64,000 bases of DNA from an uncultured Gammaproteobacteria bacterium (GTDB lineage: Bacteria; Patescibacteriota; Microgenomatia; Levybacterales; GWA1-39-11), in assembly GCA_964452165.1 (NCBI GenBank), contig CAYVKP010000001.1, positions 268,110-332,109 of the forward strand. Direction: 5' to 3'. The notes beneath the pieces are model-generated. The model was not told the DNA's origin and ran no database searches. It was given only the letters and a program-made list of their open reading frames with translations. The position numbers and the translations under genes are program-made. This document shows positions 40,108-49,202 of the stretch, piece after piece (positions within the stretch are counted from its first letter, which is position 1; each line of letters starts with the position of its first letter).

Positions 40108-40566
40108 ATGCCAAAAACACAAAGTCAGAATACAAAACAATACATACTTGCAACAGGAAGACGACGTGAGGCTGTGGCGCGTGTCAGACTATATAACCCA
40201 ACATCCGGAAAAGTTCAGATAAACGGATTGGAGCTAAAAAAAGGAGATGTAATTGTTAATGGCAAACCCATTAATGAATACTTTAGATTTTTTGCTTTCG
40301 GTCCTACTTACAACAAGCTTTTGGTAGATACTGATATGGCTGGTAAGTTAATTTTTAGCACAAAGGTTATAGGTGGAGGACTTTCGGGCCAGTTAGATGC
40401 GGTTGTCATGGGAATGGCAAGGGCCCTTGATATTTTGGATCACGCCAAGCATCACGATGTACTTCGCTCAAAAGGATATCTTACACGTGATCCAAGAACT
40501 CGAGAAAGAAGAAAAGTTGGAAACGCAGGAAAAGCACGACGCAAAAAATCCTCACCAAAGCGTTAG
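40108..40566 (+). CDS. rpsI: 30S ribosomal protein uS9
   Basis: TGRRREAVARV, GGGLSGQ, LTRDPR..ERRK, KR end. Confidence 0.98.
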   Translation: MPKTQSQNTKQYILATGRRREAVARVRLYNPTSGKVQINGLELKKGDVIVNGKPINEYFRFFAFGPTYNKLLVDTDMAGKLIFSTKVIGGGLSGQLDAVVMGMARALDILDHAKHHDVLRSKGYLTRDPRTRERRKVGNAGKARRKKSSPKR

Positions 40567-41048
40567 TCCTTCAGGAGCTTACTTATTACATTCCAGGAGA
40601 AGCCTTTTCTCCCTAAAAAGCCAGCCATTTTCTTTCTGAACTCAACTGGCGCAAGCCTTGATAATGTTTTTTTCTTTTTTTCAAAAGCCATTTTTGCTAT
40701 TTCTAAATCATCATCTGCCTCATTCAATAGTTGATTGATAGTTTCATTGTTTATTCCTTTAATTCGTAACTCCTGCCTCAAAACTATTTTGCTTTTTCCT
40801 TTGTACTTTTGTCTTGACTCAATCCAGGATCTGGCAAATTCCTCATCGTTTAAAAATTTAAGATCGAGCAACCTTTTCAACGCAGTATTTGTTGTTTCCT
40901 CAATAAAGTTTTTCTTCGCAAGATAATCGGATATCTCTTTCATGCTGCGATTTCTGAACGATAAATATTTCAGTGCGTAGTTGAAAGCAAGGTCGCGGTT
41001 TTCAGGAGTATCAAGCCTCGGTGGGTAATTCTTCCTCTTCATCTTCAT
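40563..41048 (-). CDS. recX: Regulatory protein RecX (start uncertain, overlaps the recA end)
   Basis: [38 protein letters not shown]; lies downstream of recA. Confidence 0.92.
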   Translation of the reverse strand: MKMKRKNYPPRLDTPENRDLAFNYALKYLSFRNRSMKEISDYLAKKNFIEETTNTALKRLLDLKFLNDEEFARSWIESRQKYKGKSKIVLRQELRIKGINNETINQLLNEADDDLEIAKMAFEKKKKTLSRLAPVEFRKKMAGFLGRKGFSWNVISKLLKD

Positions 41049-42117
41049 TCTCTTCAACACCCACTTCAATCATGGGTTTTTGACTTTTAGATTTTTCCAA
41101 AACCTCCGCGGTAATTTTCTTTGCAACGTCAGGATTCTCTTTAAGGTACATTTTTGCGGCTTCTCTTCCTTGTCCAAGCATCAGTTCTTGGTATCGCAAG
41201 AAAGCTCCTGTTTTTGATACAACGCCTGTTTCAATTCCAACATCTAAGACATTTCCTTCTCTTGAAATTCCCTCTCCGGCCATAACGTCAAATTCCGCAA
41301 TTCTAAACGGAGGGGACACCTTATTCTTTACAATTTTTACTCTGGAGCGATTACCAATAACCTTGTCGCCGTCTTTTAATACTTCTATCTTTCTGACGTC
41401 GAGTCTTATCGAGGCATAAAATTTAAGTGCCATTCCGCCTGTGGTTGTCTCAGGGTTTCCAAACATTACTCCAATCTTTTGTCTAAGCTGATTCGTGAAG
41501 ATGACTATTGTTTTGCTTTTGGAAATTGCAGCTGTTAATTTTCTTAATGCCTGAGACATAAGCCGCGCTTGCATTCCCATCATTGCGTCTCCCATCTCGC
41601 CTTCAATTTCAGCTCTTGGTACTAGAGCAGCAACTGAATCGACAACAATCACATCAAGACCTCCAGACCTTATTAATTGTTCGGTTATTTCAAGAGCTTG
41701 TTCTCCGGTATCGGGTTGAGAGATAAGAAGCTCATCAAGCTTTACACCAATAGTTTGGGCCCACAGTGGGTCTAGAGCATGCTCAGCGTCAATAAAAGCT
41801 GCTACCCCCCCTCTTTTTTGTGCTTCGGCAATTACCGACAAACAAACGGTAGTTTTACCGGACGCCTCTGGTCCATAAATCTCTACGATTCGGCCTTTAG
41901 GCAATCCCCCAACTCCCAGAGCAAGATCTAACGCGAGAGATCCTGTTGGAATAACCTCAACGGTCATTCTTTCAGCAGCATCACCAAATTTCATTATGGA
42001 ACCTTTTCCGTATTGTCTTTGGATCTGCTCCATTGCCATTCCGATTGCTGCGAGTTTTTCTTTAGCGTCTGTTTTTTGGGCGCCGTTACTTACTGGAGTT
42101 TTGCTGGCTCGTGCCAT
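41011..42117 (-). CDS. recA: Recombinase RecA
   Basis: [46 protein letters not shown]. Confidence 0.99.
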   Translation of the reverse strand: MARASKTPVSNGAQKTDAKEKLAAIGMAMEQIQRQYGKGSIMKFGDAAERMTVEVIPTGSLALDLALGVGGLPKGRIVEIYGPEASGKTTVCLSVIAEAQKRGGVAAFIDAEHALDPLWAQTIGVKLDELLISQPDTGEQALEITEQLIRSGGLDVIVVDSVAALVPRAEIEGEMGDAMMGMQARLMSQALRKLTAAISKSKTIVIFTNQLRQKIGVMFGNPETTTGGMALKFYASIRLDVRKIEVLKDGDKVIGNRSRVKIVKNKVSPPFRIAEFDVMAGEGISREGNVLDVGIETGVVSKTGAFLRYQELMLGQGREAAKMYLKENPDVAKKITAEVLEKSKSQKPMIEVGVEENEDEEEELPTEA

Positions 42118-42169
42118 AATTTAGCCCATTGTAGCCAACTTTTTTTAAAATTTCAATATATCAAAAATG

Positions 42170-42240
42170 TCGGGGTGTGGAGAATCGAACTCCATCCGCA
42201 CGACCCCCAGCCGCGCATTCTACCGTTAAACTACACCCCG
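42170..42240 (-). tRNA. tRNA-Pro (GGG), CCA not encoded
   Basis: Reverse complement CGGGGTG TAGTTTAACGGTAGAATG CGCGG-CTGGGGG-TCGTG ... GGAGTTCGATTCTCC ACACCCCG A folds as a cloverleaf with anticodon GGG. Confidence 0.95.
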
Positions 42241-42281
42241 AATAGCTTCATATTATATCTAATCCGTTGTATAATTAACAC

Positions 42282-42611
42282 ATGGATTTGACGAAGAAGA
42301 AGTGTGAACCGTGTGAGGGAGGAGTAAAGCCCTTTGATTCAGAGGAGACAAAAACTTACATGACTTATCTTAAAACCCCTTGGGATGTTGTAGCTGATGG
42401 TAAGAAAATCGAGAAGAAGTTCAAATTCAAAGATTTTAATGAAGCAATGGAATTTATTAACAAAGTTGCGGAAATTGCCAACAGCGAAGACCATCATCCG
42501 GATATTTTCAATTCATACTCCAGAGTTACCATTACTCTTTGGACTCATGCAATCGGTGGACTATCTGTTAATGATTTTATCCTTGCATCAAAGATCGAAC
42601 TCATTTCGTAA
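42282..42611 (+). CDS. Pterin-4-alpha-carbinolamine dehydratase family protein
   Basis: CEPCEGG, FKFKDF, EDHHPD, WTHAIGGLSVNDFILA. Confidence 0.94.
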   Translation: MDLTKKKCEPCEGGVKPFDSEETKTYMTYLKTPWDVVADGKKIEKKFKFKDFNEAMEFINKVAEIANSEDHHPDIFNSYSRVTITLWTHAIGGLSVNDFILASKIELIS

Positions 42612-44286
42612 ATGTTATTTGGCCTTTTAGAGGAGTTGAGTCTTTGATGATAAATTTTTCTGCATATTCTTTTGTGACTCCGATCTTCTTTTTTGGATTA
42701 AAGATTTCATTTGGATCGAAAGATTTTTTGATCTGTTCAAATATGGAATAAATCTCTTCCCCGAATTGTTGTTTCAAGTAAGGCGCTCGGACAAGTCCAT
42801 CGTTATGTTCTCCGGAATCAGATCCGTGGTATTCCCAAACAAGTTTAAAAACTTCATCCATTATTTCGTAGATATGTTCTGCTGTTCCAGGTTTTTCCAT
42901 TTCAACGAGTGGAATTATATGAAAGTTACCATTGCCAATATGACCAGCAACCGTATACTTGAGTTTTGACTCATTTAAAAGCTTGTATAAACGCGGAAAA
43001 AACTCAGGAAGCTTTTCCGTCTCAACGACAATGTCATCAATAAATGGCGCAGCATATTTTCCCTTAACTTGAGACTTGAGAAGTCCAAAGCTCTCCCGTC
43101 TTATTGCCCAATACTTTTCTCGTTCTGCTTCATTGTGAGCCATGTACGTTTCTAGATTGTCAAACTTTTTAAGTTCCTCATTTAATCTGTTTAAGTTTTC
43201 ATGAATCGTATGGAATTCATTATCTTCATACTCCACAAGTAATGTAAGTTCCGCCGTTCCATTTTTTTCAACCCGTGCAATTTCCGGATGGAATGCTTTT
43301 ATTACTTCATCTTCTGAAAGTTTTAATATTTTGGCAAATCCTGTCATGTATTTCATTGCAAGTTCCATAGTGTAGTGATCAAAGGATTCAAAGCAATCTG
43401 GGTTGTGTCTCAGGACTGTACTTACAATTTCCGGTAAGTGATCATAGTTCTGCATAAAAATCATAAGTACTCCATGATGCTCTTTTTGTTTAATTAGACT
43501 GAATGTTATTTCTGTTATTATTCCCAGAGTTCCTTGTGACCCGACGAATAATTTTGGTACATCAAAATGTTCTCCGTTCCATACATCCCAAATAGTGTAT
43601 CCAGCGGAATTTTTTGTTACTTTGGGTCGATGATTCTGAATTAGTTCTCCGTTTTTTTCAAAGAGTTCGAATAAATCTTTATAGATTTTTCCGAGTAAAT
43701 CACCTTTTTTAATTCGTGCTTTCATTTCATTTTTTGTCATTTTTTTTATTTCATACTCGTTGCCATCTGCTAAAACAACTTTTAGGCTTTCTACGTACTT
43801 TTCTGTCTTTCCGTACCCAAGAGATTTTTCTCCACCAGCATTGTTTGCAACCATCCCACCAACCGTACATAGTCTTTTTGAAGAAGTGTAAGGGGGTAGA
43901 AGCAATTCGTGTTTGTCTAACTCTTTTTCAAAGTCTCGATAAAAAAGTCCGGGTTCAACAGTTACCCTTTGGTCTCGGACATGAAGCTCGATAAGTTTAT
44001 TAATGTGTTCAGTCATAGAGACGATTATCGAATTGTTTAAGGTTCCACCGCTCATACAAGTTCCTGCAGCTCGAGCAGTGAGAGAAAGGTTGGGAGTGCT
44101 CTTTTTGTTTTCGTTGACAAATCTTACAAGTGTTTTAATGTCTTCTACATTTTTTGGAAAGGCAACAAGTTCCGGTTTAATTTCAAAAATACTTGCATCG
44201 CGGGAAAAATGTTCAAGCGTCCCCGGTTCTTCTGAGATTTCTCCGCTAAAATTTTGCTTTAACTCTTCTATTAACTTGGGGTTCAT
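42601..44286 (-). CDS. FAD-linked oxidase/dehydrogenase (GlcD/D-lactate dehydrogenase-like)
   Basis: DASIF, RAAGTCMSG, CTVGGMVANNAGG, GSQGTLG, GHIGNGNFH, GEHNDG, FDPNEIFNP. Confidence 0.9.
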   Translation of the reverse strand: MNPKLIEELKQNFSGEISEEPGTLEHFSRDASIFEIKPELVAFPKNVEDIKTLVRFVNENKKSTPNLSLTARAAGTCMSGGTLNNSIIVSMTEHINKLIELHVRDQRVTVEPGLFYRDFEKELDKHELLLPPYTSSKRLCTVGGMVANNAGGEKSLGYGKTEKYVESLKVVLADGNEYEIKKMTKNEMKARIKKGDLLGKIYKDLFELFEKNGELIQNHRPKVTKNSAGYTIWDVWNGEHFDVPKLFVGSQGTLGIITEITFSLIKQKEHHGVLMIFMQNYDHLPEIVSTVLRHNPDCFESFDHYTMELAMKYMTGFAKILKLSEDEVIKAFHPEIARVEKNGTAELTLLVEYEDNEFHTIHENLNRLNEELKKFDNLETYMAHNEAEREKYWAIRRESFGLLKSQVKGKYAAPFIDDIVVETEKLPEFFPRLYKLLNESKLKYTVAGHIGNGNFHIIPLVEMEKPGTAEHIYEIMDEVFKLVWEYHGSDSGEHNDGLVRAPYLKQQFGEEIYSIFEQIKKSFDPNEIFNPKKKIGVTKEYAEKFIIKDSTPLKGQITFTK

Positions 44287-44290
44287 TAAC

Positions 44291-45280
44291 TTAAGCCTTT
44301 CTGGAAATTGCCTTTTTGACAGCATCTTTTATTGCGTTTTTGTCCATTTTATATTTTTTAATCAGTTCTGTGGGGGTTCCGGTCTCACCAAAAGTATCTT
44401 GAAGTCCAATAAATTCAATTGGCGTGGGATTCATTTTGGCCAGGGTTTCTGCAATTGCTCCTCCAAGTCCACCGGCAACTTGGTGATCCTCAACAGTTAC
44501 TGCTGCTCCCGTTTGCTTTGCAAGCTCTACCACAGTTTGTTCGTCTAGTGGTTTAATTGTTGCTACATTTGCCACCAAAGTTTGTATACCTTCCTCCTCA
44601 AGTTCTTTTGCAGCAAGGAGTGCCTGATACAAAAGCCAGCCCGTACCAAAAATTACTGCCGCAGGTTTTTCCGCTTTCCAAAAAACTTGAACCTTTCCAT
44701 CAAAAGGCGTCTCCTCGGTTGTCATGATGGGGCTTTTGTCTCTTGAGAATCTAAGATAGTAAGGACCGTAATTTTTGCCTGCCGTGATTGTAGCTTTTTT
44801 TGCTTCAATGGCATCGCATGGAACAAGAACTTTAATATTGGGCCAAGCCCTAACAGATGCAATATCTTCAGTTGCCTGGTGGGTTGCGCCGTCCGGACCG
44901 GTCATGACACCCGCGTGATGTCCTGCAATTTTTACATTTGAGTCATTGTAGATAATTGTCGTTCGAATTGTTTCCCAGTTTTTTCCAGGTGAGAAAGTTG
45001 CGTAAGAAGAAATGAATGCGGTTTTACCGCTTACTCCGAGACCCGCGGCAACAGCTGCCATGTTTTGTTCGGCTACTCCCATTTCAAAGTATCTATCAGG
45101 ATATTTTTTTGCAAATTCCTCAACCTTTGTTGATTCAGTAAGATCTGCGCATAATGCCACAACATTTGGGTCAGCGTCCCCTAGTGCAACCAGGCCTTTT
45201 CCATAGCCAGAGCGGGTTGCGTCTACTTCCGGTTTGTCATCAAACATTTTTTCGTTAAGTTTTAAATCAGGATTTAACAT
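44291..45280 (-). CDS. Transketolase, C-terminal (pyrimidine-binding) subunit
   Basis: ADLTES, MGVAEQNM, GPDGATHQ, TIKPLD, VEDHQVAGGLG. Confidence 0.95.
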   Translation of the reverse strand: MLNPDLKLNEKMFDDKPEVDATRSGYGKGLVALGDADPNVVALCADLTESTKVEEFAKKYPDRYFEMGVAEQNMAAVAAGLGVSGKTAFISSYATFSPGKNWETIRTTIIYNDSNVKIAGHHAGVMTGPDGATHQATEDIASVRAWPNIKVLVPCDAIEAKKATITAGKNYGPYYLRFSRDKSPIMTTEETPFDGKVQVFWKAEKPAAVIFGTGWLLYQALLAAKELEEEGIQTLVANVATIKPLDEQTVVELAKQTGAAVTVEDHQVAGGLGGAIAETLAKMNPTPIEFIGLQDTFGETGTPTELIKKYKMDKNAIKDAVKKAISRKA

Positions 45281-45569
45281 TCTTTTTAGATAGCTTTTTA
45301 AATAAGAAAAATACTCCGGTGCCAATAGAGGCAGTAATAAGAGAAAGGTAAACAGTAATAAGAGATATATTTATCGCAATGCTATCTAATCCATATTTAG
45401 ATAAATACCCTATGAGGGTTAATCTTTGACATCCATTTAAGTGTATATCTAAAACATTATCTAAAACATTCATACTACACGTGTCGAAGTTAACCACAAA
45501 TAGAGAGATTAAAATGAAAATAGCAATAGATAAGAATAAAAATAAAATTATTAGACTATGTTTTTTCAT
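45267..45569 (-). CDS. AT-rich small membrane protein inserted between the transketolase halves
   Basis: Two hydrophobic segments; fills the gap, 1 nt after the tktN stop and overlapping the tktC start. Confidence 0.6.
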   Translation of the reverse strand: MKKHSLIILFLFLSIAIFILISLFVVNFDTCSMNVLDNVLDIHLNGCQRLTLIGYLSKYGLDSIAINISLITVYLSLITASIGTGVFFLFKKLSKKNVKS

Positions 45570-45570
45570 T

Positions 45571-46434
45571 TTATTGTCCTTCGTGTTCTATCTTTCCCTG
45601 TAAAGTTCGCAATTCATCTAATGATTTCTTCGCTTCTTCAGGATTCGGCGGTTTACCGTGCCATTCAAATTTGTTTTCCATAAAGTCTACGCCCTTACCA
45701 GGGATTGTATTTGCAATTATTACGGACGGTTTTTGATGAACTGCTTTTGCTTGATTCACGGCTCCCACAAAAGCTCGGAAATCATGTCCGTCTATTTCTT
45801 GGACAAACCAATTGAAGGATTCATATTTTGCTCGAAGGTAATCAAGGGGCATAACATTTTCAGTATAGCCATCTATTTGAATATTATTTCTATCGATTAT
45901 TACAGTTAGATTATCGAGGTTATATTTTGCGGCACACATTGCTGCTTCCCATGTGTTACCTTCCTGATGTTCGCCGTCGGATGACACACAGTAAACGCGA
46001 TAATTTCTTTTGTCTAATTTTCCAGCTAAAGCAATTCCAATCGACTGAGAAATTCCTTCGCCCAAGGGTCCAGAGGTGGTCTCAACTCCGGGCAGTGCAG
46101 TGCGGTGTGGATGTCCCTGAAGACGTGTTCCAAGTTTGCGCAAAGTCTTAAGTTCTTCAATCGGAAAATATCCTGCCATGCTCATCGCGACATATCGGAT
46201 TGGACATATATGACCATTTGAGAGTATTAATCTATCACGGTCTGACCAGTCTGGATTTTTTGGATCGTGATTTAGTACGTGAAAGTAGAGCGCAACAAAA
46301 ATATCCGCCATTCCAAGCGGTCCTGCACTATGTCCTGATCCTGCTTCAAGCAAAGATTCTATAACTAGCTCACGTGCTTTGACGGCCTTTAATTCAAGGT
46401 CTTTTACTTTGTCGTCGTATAAATCTTCCATCAT
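45571..46434 (-). CDS. Transketolase, N-terminal (TPP-binding) subunit
   Basis: SGHSAG, RDRLILSNGH, LQGHP, GPLGEG, SDGEHQEG..WEA..N, KGVDFME. Confidence 0.95.
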   Translation of the reverse strand: MMEDLYDDKVKDLELKAVKARELVIESLLEAGSGHSAGPLGMADIFVALYFHVLNHDPKNPDWSDRDRLILSNGHICPIRYVAMSMAGYFPIEELKTLRKLGTRLQGHPHRTALPGVETTSGPLGEGISQSIGIALAGKLDKRNYRVYCVSSDGEHQEGNTWEAAMCAAKYNLDNLTVIIDRNNIQIDGYTENVMPLDYLRAKYESFNWFVQEIDGHDFRAFVGAVNQAKAVHQKPSVIIANTIPGKGVDFMENKFEWHGKPPNPEEAKKSLDELRTLQGKIEHEGQ

Positions 46435-47720
46435 TTTCTTAGAACTATCATCAGGTCTGAGACATTACTTGGTAATCGACCGGTTATAATAGCATCGCGC
46501 GTTTGGTTGAAAAAATCAAGACTACTATCATTTTGAAGAAATTTTTCGGGATGAATTTTTAGATTTGTTGCCTCTTCAACCGTTTTATAATCGCCAATCG
46601 CACCCGCGTTTTCGGTGTTATCCCATCCATCAGAGTCAAAAGAGCAAATAGTAATATCGCGTCCAATATAATTGAGCGCTGCTAAGACTAATTCCTGATT
46701 ACGTCCACCCTTACCTCCCCTTTTGCCAACCTTAACTGTCGTTTCACCGCCAACTAAAAGGATAGAATGTAGATGCGTCGCGGAGATTAATTTTCTCCCG
46801 GCCAATTTTGCTTCTGACTCAAAACGGTCTGAAAAAATATTTGCTTTCCAATCCAGTTCTCTTGCCCTTTTTTGCATTGCGCGTAGAGCGGTTTGGTTTG
46901 AAAGAACGATAAAATTGTGTACATTTTTAAAATATTTTTTATCGTGAGGATTTTCAATAAAGGCATTCATAGGAAGATTAAGTTGTTTTTCTATCCCGAA
47001 AGTAGTGACAATTTTCAAAGCGTCTTTAACGGTTGTTAGGTCTTCTACTGTGGGCCCGGAGGCAATAACTGATAGGTCGTTTCCGGGGACATCGGAATAA
47101 ATCATAGTTGCAATAGTTGCAGGATACAAAGCTTGAGCAAGTCCGCCTCCCTTAACGTCTGACAAGTGTTTTCTCACAGTATTCATTTGAGAAATTGTTG
47201 CTCCGGATTTAAGTAGTGCTTTGCCGACATTTATTTTTTCCTCTAGACTTATTGCATGCGGATGGACAAGCATTGCCGATCCGCCTCCGCAAACAACAAT
47301 CAAAACTAGGTCCTGCTCAGTCAGTCTAGAGAACTTATCCAAAATCTTTTGAGTGAATTTAAAATTGTCTTCAGATGGAAGAGGATGTGTCCCTTTGGTA
47401 AATTCTATTTTCCTAAATTTATGTTCGTTCTGGGTATCTATTATGTAACCCTCAGTTAACTTATCCAGAATTAAATCCTCAAGAAGTTTTGAGTTTCCGG
47501 CAGATCCTTTTCCAAAGCCAAGAATAAATACGCGTTCAAATTTGTTTAAATCAAACTCATGTCCATCAATAGTTAATATATCTCGATGTCTTTGGATTTT
47601 ATCTTTAAAAACTTCCGCAGGTTGTATGGACAGTAGGCCTTCCTCAACAAGTTCCAGAATTATTTTTCTCTCTGGGGTTTTTGCAAGTTCATCAAAGTTT
47701 TCAATGAGGCGCTTGGGCAT
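46431..47720 (-). CDS. Glycerate 2-kinase (DUF4147 + MOFRL family)
   Basis: GFGKGS, HPLP, CGGGSAM, NTVRKHLSDVKGG, SDVPG..IASGPT, GGETTV, GGRNQE. Confidence 0.93.
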   Translation of the reverse strand: MPKRLIENFDELAKTPERKIILELVEEGLLSIQPAEVFKDKIQRHRDILTIDGHEFDLNKFERVFILGFGKGSAGNSKLLEDLILDKLTEGYIIDTQNEHKFRKIEFTKGTHPLPSEDNFKFTQKILDKFSRLTEQDLVLIVVCGGGSAMLVHPHAISLEEKINVGKALLKSGATISQMNTVRKHLSDVKGGGLAQALYPATIATMIYSDVPGNDLSVIASGPTVEDLTTVKDALKIVTTFGIEKQLNLPMNAFIENPHDKKYFKNVHNFIVLSNQTALRAMQKRARELDWKANIFSDRFESEAKLAGRKLISATHLHSILLVGGETTVKVGKRGGKGGRNQELVLAALNYIGRDITICSFDSDGWDNTENAGAIGDYKTVEEATNLKIHPEKFLQNDSSLDFFNQTRDAIITGRLPSNVSDLMIVLRK

Positions 47721-47784
47721 TAACTATAGTTTATAAAATTCGGCCTCCCATGTCTATCGTCCATATGGTATAATATATTCAATA

Positions 47785-47890
47785 GAGCCAAAGAGAATCT
47801 GGGGTTCTGAAAAAGTTAATATGATACAACTTCTTCAACCGATTCGAACACTGCAAACAGCCTAATTTTAGGCAGTCTTCTTTTTGGCTT
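47785..47890 (+). ncRNA. Putative structured RNA upstream of rny (mini-6S-like RNA or cis-leader)
   Basis: Extended -10 TGGTATAAT (47766-74); 5' GAGCCAAAGAGAA pairs with 3' TTCTTTTTGGCTT; internal stems present. Confidence 0.45.
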
Positions 47891-47898
47891 ACATTTTT

Positions 47899-48999
47899 AT
47901 GGACGATAATAAAACAAAACTTTCGGATTTTAAAGATGATTCAAAAGCTGAAATTGCGAAAATAATCCGCGAGACAGAGGAAGAAGCAAGAGTAACTGCC
48001 GCACAGAAGGCACGCGAAATTCTTGCAGATGCTCTTGCACATGGTGCCTTGGATATAGTCCCCGAATTTACAGTTTCAGTAATAAAGATTCAAGATGAGG
48101 AAGTTAAAGGTAGAATTATTGGTAAAGAGGGACGTAATATTCGTGCTTTTGAAACGGCCACTGGTGTTGATGTGGGACTTGATGAGGAGGGACTGATTCG
48201 TTTGTCTTCTTTCGATTCTGTTCGCCGAGAAATAGCAAGACGCTCGCTTGAGTTATTAATAAAAGATACTCGTATACAGCCTATTAGAATAGAGGAGATA
48301 GTCGCACAACAAAAAAAAGAGGTCGCAGAAATATTACTTTCTGAAGGAAAAAAGATTGCTGAGGAGGTAGGGGTTCTTAACTTACATCCGGACCTTTTAA
48401 GTTATCTTGGAAGGTTTAAGTTTAGGAGTTCATTCGGACAAAATCTTGTAGTTCATTCTCTTGAGGTATCCAAAATAGCATCACATTTAGCAGCAGAAAT
48501 TGGTGCAAATGTTGAAGTAGCAAAAATAGGAGGACTTTTCCACGATATAGGGAAAGTTGTTTCTGACAAGGAAGGAAGTCACGTGCAGTTGGGCGTAGAT
48601 CTTTTGCAGAAATATAAAATGCCAAGAGAAGTTATTAATACAGTTGCTGAGCACCATGAAGATAAACCCTTTTCTTCAGTCGAGTCGGTATTGGTTTATG
48701 TAGCCGATGCATCTTCCGGAGGAAGACCCGGAGCAAGACATGAAGATGTTGAGGAGTACGTTAAGAGAATTCGGGACATGGAAGAAATTGCCAAAAAGTA
48801 TCAAGGAGTAACTGATGCCTATGCTTTTGAAGCAGGAAGAGAATTGCGAGTAGTAATTGATCCCGGAAAACTAGACGATATTGAAACTACAATTGCCGCT
48901 AAGAAAATCAAAGAGGAGATAGACAGTAAATTAATAGTTCCCGGCGTTGTTCGTGTAACGGCAATTCGAGAATTCAGGACGTCTGAACCGAAAGAATAA
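47899..48999 (+). CDS. rny: Ribonuclease Y (KH + HD), lacking the N-terminal TM anchor
   Basis: KGRIIGKEGRNIRAFE, SSFDSVRRE, GQNLVVHS, HDIGK, ADASSGGRPGAR, AGRELRV. Confidence 0.95.
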   Translation: MDDNKTKLSDFKDDSKAEIAKIIRETEEEARVTAAQKAREILADALAHGALDIVPEFTVSVIKIQDEEVKGRIIGKEGRNIRAFETATGVDVGLDEEGLIRLSSFDSVRREIARRSLELLIKDTRIQPIRIEEIVAQQKKEVAEILLSEGKKIAEEVGVLNLHPDLLSYLGRFKFRSSFGQNLVVHSLEVSKIASHLAAEIGANVEVAKIGGLFHDIGKVVSDKEGSHVQLGVDLLQKYKMPREVINTVAEHHEDKPFSSVESVLVYVADASSGGRPGARHEDVEEYVKRIRDMEEIAKKYQGVTDAYAFEAGRELRVVIDPGKLDDIETTIAAKKIKEEIDSKLIVPGVVRVTAIREFRTSEPKE

Positions 49000-49029
49000 T
49001 CGCTTTCGTGATATTAGTTCTACCGCTGT

Positions 49030-49067
49030 CTTCGTTTCGCTCGCAGCCGGTCTCCTTCGTTTCACTC
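49030..49067. repeat. Short direct repeat CTTCGTTTCRCTC x2 (25-nt period)
   Basis: 49030-42 CTTCGTTTCGCTC and 49055-67 CTTCGTTTCACTC. Confidence 0.5.
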
Positions 49068-49202
49068 AGTCTGACCCCAAAGAGTAAAAATCTATATTCC
49101 CCTGTTAAATCAATCTCTTGACAAACCTTAAATTAAGAGTTATTGTTATATCAATCTAAACATGTCTTCAACTATCTTCGAATTGAATGGAGGTGAGTTA
49201 AA

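Noticed and set aside
1221-40926. Many 60-150 aa antisense or alternate-frame ORFs overlapping rpoB, rpoC, fusA, tuf and r-protein genes
   Set aside because: Shadow ORFs of conserved genes, with no motifs or independent expression signals.
41011-41069. Possible RecA-RecX fusion or programmed frameshift
   Set aside because: RecA ends normally with an acidic tail, and in-frame ATGs at 41048 and 41042 explain recX as a simple overlap. No slippery site is evident.
42170-42240. tRNA as a prophage or island integration site
   Set aside because: No integrase, and I saw no duplicated tRNA 3' end in the window. Flanking genes are housekeeping or metabolic.
42013-42291. 92-aa ORF upstream of recA
   Set aside because: It overlaps the recA start and the tRNA-Pro gene on the opposite strand; spurious.
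47785-47890. SRP (4.5S) RNA as the identity of the structured RNA
   Set aside because: It lacks the conserved SRP domain IV motif (CAGG..GNRA..AGCAG).
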